61,097 nucleotides of DNA from Dehalococcoidia bacterium (lineage in GTDB: Bacteria; Chloroflexota; Dehalococcoidia; GIF9; AB-539-J10): assembly GCA_030611085.1 (NCBI GenBank), contig JAUWQI010000005.1:1-61097 (forward strand), given 5' to 3'. Position numbers and translations under genes: made by a program. Below, piece after piece: positions 46,266 through 54,212 of this stretch (position 1 is the first letter of the stretch; every line of letters starts with the position of its first letter). The notes under the pieces are model-generated. The model was not told the origin of the DNA. It was given only the letters and a program-made list of their open reading frames with translations, and made no database searches.

Positions 46266-48800
46266 ATGTTACTAAAGACTTTGCGGCTAGCTCGTCTCAG
46301 TGTCCGTGGCATTGTTCAAGGAGTCGGTTTCAGACCTTTTGTTTATGGGTTAGCCACCAAACATAATTTGAAAGGATGGGTATGTAATACTTCTGCGGAT
46401 GTCAAAATTGAGATAGAGGGAGAGACAGAGGCTATTGAGCAGTTTTATTTGGAGCTTAAAACAAAAGCCCCGCCTCTAGCTCATATTGAAGATACAACTA
46501 TCAACTACTATCCCCCCACTGGTTATAAAAACTTTGAAATTCGCCATAGCATCGCTGAGGAGGGAAAATACCAGCTTATCTCTCCAGATATTGCTACCTG
46601 CCAAGCTTGCTTAAGCGAACTGCTAAATCCCAATGACCGGCGTTATCGCTACCCCTTTACCAATTGCACCAACTGCGGGCCTCGCTTTACTATAATCGAG
46701 GATATGCCTTACGACCGCCCTAAAACCACTATGCGCTCCTTCCAGATGTGTCCGCAATGCCAGGCAGAGTATGATGATCCACTAGACCGCCGCTTTCATG
46801 CTCAGCCAAATGCCTGCCCTAAATGTGGCCCTCATGTTGAGTTGGTTGATAACCAGGGCAGGGATATCACTGCAGCAAGCCAACGCCTTGAGCCCTTCAC
46901 CTCTTGTCATTCCGAGAGAGCCCTTCGCTCCCCATGTCATTCTGAGTGTAGCGAAGAGTCTCATTCCGATGCTATAGCCTGTGCCAGCCAGCTCCTGAAA
47001 GAGGGGAAAATCGTTGCTATTAAGGGCTTGGGGGGATTCCTTTTAGCCTGTGATGCTACCAGCGCAAGTGTAGTTAAAGCCTTACGGGAAAGGAAAAAGC
47101 GCTCCTCTAAGCCATTTGCCATAATGGTAGCCGACATTGAGGAAGCTAAAAAGCATTGCTATGTCTCTCCTGAGGAAGAGAAATTGCTTACCTCTCCCCA
47201 AAGCCCTGTTGTGCTTATGAGGTGGAAGGAAGGCTCGTCTGTATCTCCAGAGGTGGCTCCAAACTTAGCCTATCTCGGAGTTATGCTCCCATATACGCCT
47301 TTACATCACATTCTACTCCGAGATACTCAATTGCCTTTGGTGATGACCAGCGGCAATCTCAGCGAAGAACCTATTGCCAGGGATAATGATGAAGCCCTGA
47401 GAAGGCTTTCAGGAATTGCCGATTATTTCCTAATTCACAATCGGGATATATATTCTCGCTATGATGACAGTGTGGCTATAGTGGAAAGAGGAGTCAGCCA
47501 GCTTGTAAGACGAGCTCGCAGTTACGCTCCTTATCCCATTACTCTGCCTTTTAAAACTAAACAGGTGCTTGGCTGCGGCGCTGAAATGAAAAATACTTTC
47601 TGTCTGACTAGAGATAATTATGCCTTCTTATCACAGCACATTGGCGACATGGAAAATATGGAGACCTTGGAGCACTTTGATAACACCATCTCCCTTTATA
47701 AAAGGCTGTTTCGCATTGAGCCTGAAATTATCGCTTACGACCTTCACCCTGATTATCTTGCCACCAAATATGCCCAGGAGCTAGGTAACTCTAATGGCAT
47801 CAAGCTTATTCCCGTTCAGCATCATCATGCCCATATTGTTAGCTGCATGGCTGACAACGAACTTAACTCTCCGGTTATCGGTGTCGTTTTTGATGGCACA
47901 GGAATGGGTATGGATGGGCATATTTGGGGAGGGGAATTCCTCGTAGCGGACTACCTCAGTTGTAAAAGATTGGGGCATTTGGAATACCTGCCTTTGCCTG
48001 GAGGGGATGCTGCGACAAAAAGACCCTATCGCATTGCCATTGCTTATATTCTCAGCTTATTAGGAGAAGATGCCTTAAATACCGTCATTGCGGCCAATTG
48101 CCAACTGCCAACTGCCAACTCTTATGTCATTGCGAGCGCAGCGAAGCAATCTCAATCAACTTTTATGCAACAAGTTAGTGAAGTCGAAATGGAAATTATC
48201 AAGCGCCAAATAGCAAGAGAGCTAAACTCGCCACTGACCTCAAGCATGGGGCGCCTGTTTGATGCTATATCAGCACTAATAGGAATAAGAGGTGAAATAG
48301 ATTGTGAAGGACAGGCGGCCGTAGAGCTGGAAATGGCTGCCTATAAGGACTGCCCCGGGGCCTTCGCTTTCTGTCATTCTGAGGGAGGGAAGCGACCGAA
48401 GAATCTCACCCCAGATAAACTCCTCAAAGAAACGGACGATAAAGAAAGCTACCCATATAGCATAACCGAGGATAAAGGAATAAGAATTATAGGCTTGGGC
48501 AGCTTATTCTCAGCCATAATCGAAGACTTAAAGCGGGGCATATCTCAAGGAGAAATATCAGTTAAATTTCACGACACCATAGCTCAAATGACCAATGCTA
48601 TGTGCCAACTGATAGCCAGTGAAACTAATATCAACCAAGTAGCCTTAAGTGGTGGCGTATTCCAAAACCGATTGCTATTAAGAAAGACAGTTAGCTTACT
48701 GGAAAACAGTGGCTTCCAGGTGTTTACCCACCAACAGGTACCTTGCAATGATGGCGGCATATCTTTAGGACAAGCAGTTATCGCCAATTTTGCTAAGTAA
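46266..48800 (+). CDS. hypF: Carbamoyltransferase HypF (with three in-frame repeat insertions)
   Basis: 844 aa. Acylphosphatase-like VRGIVQGVGFRPFVY, zinc fingers CTNCGPRFTII/CPQCQAEY/CPKCGP, YrdC-like KGLGGFLLACDA, and Kae1-like FDGTGMGMDGHIWGGE. Confidence 0.95.
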   Translation: MLLKTLRLARLSVRGIVQGVGFRPFVYGLATKHNLKGWVCNTSADVKIEIEGETEAIEQFYLELKTKAPPLAHIEDTTINYYPPTGYKNFEIRHSIAEEGKYQLISPDIATCQACLSELLNPNDRRYRYPFTNCTNCGPRFTIIEDMPYDRPKTTMRSFQMCPQCQAEYDDPLDRRFHAQPNACPKCGPHVELVDNQGRDITAASQRLEPFTSCHSERALRSPCHSECSEESHSDAIACASQLLKEGKIVAIKGLGGFLLACDATSASVVKALRERKKRSSKPFAIMVADIEEAKKHCYVSPEEEKLLTSPQSPVVLMRWKEGSSVSPEVAPNLAYLGVMLPYTPLHHILLRDTQLPLVMTSGNLSEEPIARDNDEALRRLSGIADYFLIHNRDIYSRYDDSVAIVERGVSQLVRRARSYAPYPITLPFKTKQVLGCGAEMKNTFCLTRDNYAFLSQHIGDMENMETLEHFDNTISLYKRLFRIEPEIIAYDLHPDYLATKYAQELGNSNGIKLIPVQHHHAHIVSCMADNELNSPVIGVVFDGTGMGMDGHIWGGEFLVADYLSCKRLGHLEYLPLPGGDAATKRPYRIAIAYILSLLGEDALNTVIAANCQLPTANSYVIASAAKQSQSTFMQQVSEVEMEIIKRQIARELNSPLTSSMGRLFDAISALIGIRGEIDCEGQAAVELEMAAYKDCPGAFAFCHSEGGKRPKNLTPDKLLKETDDKESYPYSITEDKGIRIIGLGSLFSAIIEDLKRGISQGEISVKFHDTIAQMTNAMCQLIASETNINQVALSGGVFQNRLLLRKTVSLLENSGFQVFTHQQVPCNDGGISLGQAVIANFAK
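46890..46968. repeat. Tandem TGTCATT-family half-elements inside hypF
   Basis: ...cttgtcattccgagagagcccttcgctccccatgtcattctgagtgtagcgaagagtctc... encodes SCHSERALRSPCHSECSEESH. Confidence 0.85.
48084..48153. repeat. Composite repeat inside hypF: half element + 4 heptamers + full TGTCATT element
   Basis: gtcattgcgg; then gccaatt/gccaact/gccaact/gccaact at 48093-48120; then tgtcattgcgagcgcagcgaagcaatctc at 48125-48153. It encodes VIAANCQLPTANSYVIASAAKQSQ. Confidence 0.85.
48361..48407. repeat. 5' half of the long-hairpin repeat inside hypF
   Basis: ccttcgctttctgtcattctgagggagggaagcgaccgaagaatctc encodes FAFCHSEGGKRPKNL. Confidence 0.85.
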
Positions 48801-48827
48801 AATCCAACTTCCCTCTCGACCTATTTT

Positions 48828-48884
48828 TGTAGTAGTTGCCTGATTTACCAGGCTCCTTATTGCCCAACGAATTGGGCAACTACA
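48828..48884. repeat. Inverted doublet of GTAG-type hairpins (REPIN-like)
   Basis: GTAGTTGCCTGAtttaCCAGGC ... TTGCCCAAcgaaTTGGGCAACTAC. The outer gtagttgcc/ggcaactac arms are complementary. Confidence 0.8.
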
Positions 48885-48909
48885 CTTCTAATCAGCCCCC
48901 GAGCCACAG

Positions 48910-49018
48910 GTGAAGAATCTCTGAGATTCTTCACTCCTCTTCGCTCCGTTCAGAATGACAAGAGAGACCCTTTCCCTTCAGTTCCTTCCTGTCATCAGGA
49001 CTCAGGGGCAGGCGACAC
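48910..49018. repeat. Perfect 12-bp-arm palindrome plus reversed long-hairpin repeat parts
   Basis: gtgaagaatctc-t-gagattcttcac (48910-48934); cgttcagaatgaca (reversed TGTCATTCTGA); ctcaggggcaggcgaca, matching the 3' end of the copy at 27680-27697. Confidence 0.8.
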
Positions 49019-49083
49019 CTCACCTCCCTTACTGTAGCTTCGGTTTGTATTACAGGGAAACTTGGGCTAAAATGCCCTAAGTT

Positions 49084-49311
49084 ATGTGTTTAGCAATACC
49101 AGTTAGGGTTGTCTCTATAGAAGGTGATGAAGCAGAGGCGGAGATTGCTGGGGTGAAACGACGAGTCAGCATCGCACTCACTCCAGAGGTACAGGTGGGG
49201 AACTATGTACTGCTTCACACTGGCTATGCCATAGGCGTTATAGATGAAGCTGAAGCCAAAGAAACTTTAAGGCTGTTTGAAGAGATAGCAAGTCTCAGTA
49301 TGACTACCTAG
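49084..49311 (+). CDS. hypC: Hydrogenase assembly chaperone HypC
   Basis: 75 aa. N-terminal MCLAIPVRV. Confidence 0.9.
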   Translation: MCLAIPVRVVSIEGDEAEAEIAGVKRRVSIALTPEVQVGNYVLLHTGYAIGVIDEAEAKETLRLFEEIASLSMTT

Positions 49312-49356
49312 TAACTATATTGAGCGAGACACGAACTAATGAGGATGTTTAAAAAT

Positions 49357-49406
49357 GTAGTTGCCCAATTTATTGGGCGACTGTGCCTGATAAATCAGGC
49401 AACTAC
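49357..49406. repeat. Inverted doublet of GTAG-type hairpins (REPIN-like)
   Basis: GTAGTTGCCCAAtttaTTGGGC-gactgt-GCCTGAtaaaTCAGGCAACTAC. Confidence 0.85.
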
Positions 49407-49498
49407 AAAAATCTGGAGGTGAAGGGTTTCTAAAATGCCCAAAAATGAACGGAAAATCAAAATTAAACAGCCTCACTAATGCAAAAGTGGGGATAAAT

Positions 49499-50677
49499 AT
49501 GAGAAAAAGACTATGCTACCTAGCAAGCATCACGGTAATATTCAGCTTGCTTCTAGTCAGTGTAGTCGGTTGTGCTCCAAAGCCAGCAGAGTTCGAGGTA
49601 GTATCCCTGGATGTCACGCCATCGGAGATGACAGTGGGGGAAACCGCTACCATCAAAGCTCAGGTCGAGAACAGCGGTGGTAGCGAGGATATCTATACCG
49701 CAATACTGACTGTCGATGGAGTGAAGGTAGGGGAAAAGGATGTGACCGTGGCAGCCGGAGCTACAATGGCAGTAACCTTCTTCCTAGTAAAAGACACCCC
49801 CGGCAGTTACCAAATTAGCATTGGAGGGCTGAGTTCAACTCTCACGGTAGAAAAAACTGCTAAGATAGAAATAAGTTTCAATCCCAATCCGGTACCCTGC
49901 AAAGATGGACATTGGTATTGGAGAGTAATCTTGACTGAAGTGAATGGCATCGGGGTTAAACTTAACAAACTGACTACAGAAATATACCAAAGTAAGCGTT
50001 TGCTTGGTACGCGGGATTACGATAGTTCTATGATCCAAGAATGGCTTGATTCAGCTTACCTTCCAGCTTCCTCTTCTGCAGATTTTGGAGCTAGTTTCCC
50101 TTGTCAGGCGATAACTCACGAAATAGTTACTGTCACCGGCACAGATGACAATGGTCACGAAATTACAGCTACGGGCAGGGTGGATTTTCTTCCACAGGTA
50201 GAGTTAAAGTATGATGATGGCAAGCCAGAAGGGAGATGGGCCATTGGTGGGCCTGGATGGGGTTATCTCGTTCAATTCTCGCCGCCATCTAGGCCATTCA
50301 CGATAAACAAGATTAAGATATTTGGCAATCTTTATGGTACAGGGTATGAAAAGCGAACATTTACAATTCAGGTTTGGGATAAGGATTTAAAGGAAATATA
50401 TAGTGTCTCATATCCACACACTAAAATTGGTCTGAGCCCGGGATGGGTAGAAATAGAGATTCCTGACCTCATTGTTGATGATAATTTCTATATTCAAGTC
50501 TGCACATACACACCTGAAGAAGGTGGTATCCAGATATTCTATGATTCAAACGTCAAGAACAAGCACTCTGAAGTGACGAAGAACTGGACAATAGCAGACT
50601 GGTATTTGCGAATCTCGAAGGAAAAAGTCAACTGGATGATAAGGGTACTAGGCACCATCACAGTGCCAGCAGATTAA
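49499..50677 (+). CDS. Predicted lipoprotein with CARDB-like Ig-fold domain and uncharacterised C-terminal domains
   Basis: MRKRLCYLASITVIFSLLLVSVVGC is a signal peptide with a lipobox Cys. VVSLDVTPSEMTVGETATIKAQVENSGG...YTAILTVDG is the CARDB-like pattern. The start is taken at Met-19 of the listed ORF. Confidence 0.55.
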   Translation: MRKRLCYLASITVIFSLLLVSVVGCAPKPAEFEVVSLDVTPSEMTVGETATIKAQVENSGGSEDIYTAILTVDGVKVGEKDVTVAAGATMAVTFFLVKDTPGSYQISIGGLSSTLTVEKTAKIEISFNPNPVPCKDGHWYWRVILTEVNGIGVKLNKLTTEIYQSKRLLGTRDYDSSMIQEWLDSAYLPASSSADFGASFPCQAITHEIVTVTGTDDNGHEITATGRVDFLPQVELKYDDGKPEGRWAIGGPGWGYLVQFSPPSRPFTINKIKIFGNLYGTGYEKRTFTIQVWDKDLKEIYSVSYPHTKIGLSPGWVEIEIPDLIVDDNFYIQVCTYTPEEGGIQIFYDSNVKNKHSEVTKNWTIADWYLRISKEKVNWMIRVLGTITVPAD

Positions 50678-50684
50678 AGTCTCA

Positions 50685-51794
50685 GTGAAATTCATTGATG
50701 AGTATCAAAATAGCGAGCTAGCCACAAAACTAGCGCAAAGAATTGCTGACCGTTCCACCAAGCCAATCAGGTTAATGGAATTCTGTGGTGGGCACACTCA
50801 TGCCATAATGAGGTATGGAATCCGCCAGCTAGTGCCCAAAACAGTGGAGATGAGGTCGGGGCCGGGCTGTCCCGTATGCGTCACAGCAACCAGCGATTTG
50901 GATAAGGCTATTGCGATAGCTCATTTGCCCGGTGTTATCATCACTACTTTCGGGGATATAATAAGGGTCCCTGGCAGCTACTCTAGCTTACAGCAGGCAA
51001 AGGCTGAAGGAGCCGATATACGAGTTGTCTATTCCATTATGGATGCTGTGGAAATAGCCAAAGCTAACCCCAGGAAATCAGTCATTTTCATCGGCATCGG
51101 TTTTGAGACCACGGCACCAACCATAGCTGCCTCTATAATTAAGGCAAAGAAGGAGGAAGTAGAGAATTTCTATGTCCTTTCCCTGCTCAAGTTAACCCCA
51201 CCAGTGATGAAGACGCTGCTAGATTTGGGCGAGGTGAAGCTAGACGGCATTGTTGGCCCAGGACATGTCAGCGTTATAATTGGCTCTTACCCCTATGAAT
51301 TTATCCCCAGGAATTATGGGGTCGCCTGCGTTATCTCAGGCTTTGAGCCATTGGATATCCTGTTATGTATAGACAAGCTAGTGGAGCAAGTTGAAAGTGG
51401 CAAGCCACAGGTGGAGATAGCCTACCGTCGTGGAGTAAAGCCCCAAGGCAATAAGAAAGCTCTGGAGTCGATGAATGAGGTTTTTGAAATTGATGGTGCT
51501 GACTGGCGAGGAATTGGCATTGTGCCTCAAAGTGGCCTGAAGATTAACCAAAAATACCAGCATTTTGATGCCGACAAAGCCTTCCCCGACTTGTCATTGC
51601 GAGCGAAGCGAAGCAATCTCGAAAAGGAGCCCAGGGGATGTCGCTGCGGAGATATACTGCGTGGTGTAGCCACACCGCTTGAGTGTAAGCTTTTTGGCAA
51701 GGTTTGCACTCCAGAAAAGCCTGTAGGTCCTTGCATGGTCTCCAGTGAAGGTGCCTGTGCTGCCTATTATCAGTATGGAGCAAGCTATGAATGA
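50685..51794 (+). CDS. hypD: Hydrogenase maturation protein HypD (with one in-frame repeat insertion)
   Basis: 369 aa, GTG start, with GPGCPVCV, GFETTAP, CRCGDILRG and CMVSSEGACAAYY. Confidence 0.95.
   Translation: MKFIDEYQNSELATKLAQRIADRSTKPIRLMEFCGGHTHAIMRYGIRQLVPKTVEMRSGPGCPVCVTATSDLDKAIAIAHLPGVIITTFGDIIRVPGSYSSLQQAKAEGADIRVVYSIMDAVEIAKANPRKSVIFIGIGFETTAPTIAASIIKAKKEEVENFYVLSLLKLTPPVMKTLLDLGEVKLDGIVGPGHVSVIIGSYPYEFIPRNYGVACVISGFEPLDILLCIDKLVEQVESGKPQVEIAYRRGVKPQGNKKALESMNEVFEIDGADWRGIGIVPQSGLKINQKYQHFDADKAFPDLSLRAKRSNLEKEPRGCRCGDILRGVATPLECKLFGKVCTPEKPVGPCMVSSEGACAAYYQYGASYE
51592..51620. repeat. TGTCATT-family repeat inside hypD
   Basis: tgtcattgcgagcgaagcgaagcaatctc encodes LSLRAKRSNLE. 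Confidence 0.88.
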
Positions 51795-52791
51795 TACCAT
51801 CCTTTTAGCTCATGGCAGTGGTGGCAAATTAAGCCACGAACTGGTGGAGAAGAGATTTCTCCCCTTCCTGACTAATCCTATGTTAAATAAATTGGATGAC
51901 TCAGCTATTTTCGAAGCCAATGGGCGTTTGGCCTTTACTACCGATAGCTATGTAGTCAATCCTATTTTCTTTCCCGGTGGAGATATAGGCAAGTTGGCAA
52001 TTTGTGGTACAGTTAACGATTTATCTATGAGCGGTGCCAAACCTCTATATTTAAGCCTATCTGCGATTATAGAGGAGGGCTTCTCCCTAAAAGAACTTGA
52101 ACGCGTAGTGCAGTCAATAGAGGCAGTGGCTAAAGAAGCTGAGGTAAGTATAATCACTGGAGATACCAAGGTAGTGAATCACGGACAGGCTGATAAGTTA
52201 TTTATCAATACCTCTGGAATTGGCATTATTCCTGCTGAGGTTGATATCTCCGGAGCTAACGCCAAAGACGGAGACAAAATCATTCTGAGTGGCACTATCG
52301 GCGACCACGGCATAGCCATAATGAGTCAGCGTGAGGGACTGAGGTTTTCTGTGCCTGTGGAAAGCGATTGCGCTCCACTGAATAAACTTGTGGCTCAAAT
52401 GCTGGAAGCCTCACTGAAAATCCATTGCCTCCGTGACCCTACTAGAGGCGGACTGGCTACCACGCTTAATGAATTTGCTGAGCAATCTAAAGTGGGCATT
52501 GTGATACAGGAGGATAAGATACCGATAGAAGAAGGAGTTAAGGCAGCCTGTGAGCTTTTGGGCTTCGACCCTATTTATGTCGCCAATGAGGGTAAATTGG
52601 TAGCCATAGTTGAGCCAAACGATGCTGATAAAATTCTGGCTCAAATGAAGCAAAATACCTGTGGAAAAGATGCTGCTATCATTGGGGAGGTAATCAGTGA
52701 GCATCCTGGAAGGGTAATCATGAAAACAAAGCTAGGTCCTTCTCGGATTGTTGATATGCTCTCAGGAGAGCTACTACCGAGGATATGTTGA
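51787..52791 (+). CDS. hypE: Hydrogenase maturation protein HypE
   Basis: MNDTILLAHGSGGKLSHELV..., TDSYVVNPIFFPGGDIG, and C-terminal PRIC. It overlaps hypD by 8 nt. Confidence 0.95.
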   Translation: MNDTILLAHGSGGKLSHELVEKRFLPFLTNPMLNKLDDSAIFEANGRLAFTTDSYVVNPIFFPGGDIGKLAICGTVNDLSMSGAKPLYLSLSAIIEEGFSLKELERVVQSIEAVAKEAEVSIITGDTKVVNHGQADKLFINTSGIGIIPAEVDISGANAKDGDKIILSGTIGDHGIAIMSQREGLRFSVPVESDCAPLNKLVAQMLEASLKIHCLRDPTRGGLATTLNEFAEQSKVGIVIQEDKIPIEEGVKAACELLGFDPIYVANEGKLVAIVEPNDADKILAQMKQNTCGKDAAIIGEVISEHPGRVIMKTKLGPSRIVDMLSGELLPRIC

Positions 52792-52807
52792 CCATAAAGG
52801 AAGAAGA

Positions 52808-53167
52808 GTGACCTCTATTGGCATTGATATCATAGAAATAGAGCGTATCGAATCAGCCCTAAAGCGGTGGGAGGGACGCTTCTTAAATCGAATTTACACC
52901 GAAGCCGAACTTAAAATATGCGAAGGTAGGATTTCATCCTTAGCTGCTCGATTTGCTGCCAAAGAAGCAGTGATGAAAGTTCTCGGCACTGGCGCTAAAG
53001 GCATTGGCTGGCAGGAAATTGAAATTCTGACTGACAATACCGGCAAACCATTGGTGAATCTTTATGGTCGGGCTAAGAATAAAGCCGCAGAGTTAAATCT
53101 GAAAGAATTCTCTGTCAGCCTCTCCGATACCAGGCAATACGCCGTGGCTGCGGCTATAGGTTCTTGA
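52808..53167 (+). CDS. acpS: Holo-ACP synthase (4'-phosphopantetheinyl transferase)
   Basis: (V)TSIGIDIIEIERI...FAAKEAVMKVLGTG. A GTG start at 52808 follows AAGGAAG; the start is uncertain. Confidence 0.8.
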   Translation: MTSIGIDIIEIERIESALKRWEGRFLNRIYTEAELKICEGRISSLAARFAAKEAVMKVLGTGAKGIGWQEIEILTDNTGKPLVNLYGRAKNKAAELNLKEFSVSLSDTRQYAVAAAIGS

Positions 53168-53329
53168 GTACAATGGCAAAGTATGAAACTAGTTCAGATA
53201 GGCGGTGGACACTTCAGGAAGCAGCGGCAAAGCATTTTGAAGAGGCTCTAAACCCACAAGCACTGAAGATATTAGTTAACCCTGAAGGGGCATGCTCAGA
53301 AGTTTGCTAGCAAAATGTTTGCAAAAGAA

Positions 53330-53354
53330 ACAACCTCTCGAAGAGAGAGGTTGT
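53330..53354 (+). terminator. Strong hairpin downstream of acpS; possible terminator or island boundary
   Basis: acaacctctc-gaaga-gagaggttgt, a 10-bp perfect stem with no U-tract. Confidence 0.35.
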
Positions 53355-53419
53355 CGGGCCAGGGCTACTCACCCTAGCGTTGTTATTCATATGATAATAA
53401 GACTATCAATATTTGTCAA

Positions 53420-54052
53420 ATGAACTCGGCGGACACCTATACGGAACGTGTAATCGCCTATGTCGATGGCTTTAATCTTTATTTTGGACTAAAATCCAAA
53501 GGTTGGCATCGATACTATTGATTGAATATCCAACTGCTGGCTCAGAACCTATTAAAACCAAACCAAAGTTTGCTTCTCACAAAGTATTTCACCGCGAGGA
53601 TCTCAAGTCCGCCGGATAAACAGAGGCGACAATCAACTTTTATTGAGGCTCTTGAAACTCTCAATGATTTTCAAATTTTCTATGGCAAGTATCAACTCAA
53701 TCCTCGCCAGTGTTCTCACTGTGGCTTTCAAGATGAAGTGCCTCATGAGAAAATGACAGATGTTAACATTGCCGTCGAAATTCTCAAAGATGCCTATCAA
53801 GATAAATTCGATGTTGCTTTACTTATCTCGGCGGATAGTGATTTAGTCCCCTCAATCAAAACAGTGAGAGAGTTATTTCCCAACAAACGAGTAGTCATTG
53901 CATCTCCTCCAGCTCGCTACTCCGTTGACTTAGTAAATTCCGCTAATAGGAGCTTCGTTATCAGCCGCAGGAATATTGCCAAAAGTCTTCTCCCTGAAGA
54001 GATAAAGAAAAAAGATGGCTATATTCTACGGTGCCCACTTTCATGGAGATAA
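53420..54052 (+). pseudogene. NYN-domain (LabA-like) ribonuclease-family gene interrupted by an in-frame TGA at 53519-53521
   Basis: MNSADTYTERVIAYVDGFNLYFGLKSKGWHRYY-TGA-LNIQLLAQNLL...YFTARI...EKMTDVNIA...SADSDLVP. The stop sits where this family normally has Trp (TGG). Confidence 0.72.
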
Positions 54053-54212
54053 ATGAGAGGGAACGCAGCATTTTCAAGCATAGTGGGCTATCAGTGGATA
54101 TTGGTGGTGTAGTTGGGTTCAAGTGAGCTCACCTACTGATTGGAGGGGCTAGTTGAGGTGAATCATGATTTTTGCCAGGTTTCCTTATTTGGAGAGAGCC
54201 TTCAAGATTCTC

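Noticed and set aside
53173-53310. 45-codon ORF (MAKYETSSDRRWTLQEAAAKHFEEAL...) after acpS
   Set aside because: It has no RBS and no recognisable motif, and it is too short to support without conservation data.
53519-53521. TGA read as Trp (alternative genetic code) in the NYN gene
   Set aside because: TGA clearly terminates many well-defined genes in this window, including ribF, hypA, the ferredoxin, the GATase subunit, hypD and hypE. Standard code 11 therefore applies, and a nonsense mutation is the simpler reading.
54100-54150. tRNA-like fragment (gttgggttcaagtgagctcacctac) as a possible integration site
   Set aside because: ggttcaagt resembles a T-loop, but the flanking bases do not form a T-stem or acceptor stem. 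It contains the palindrome gtgagctcac instead.
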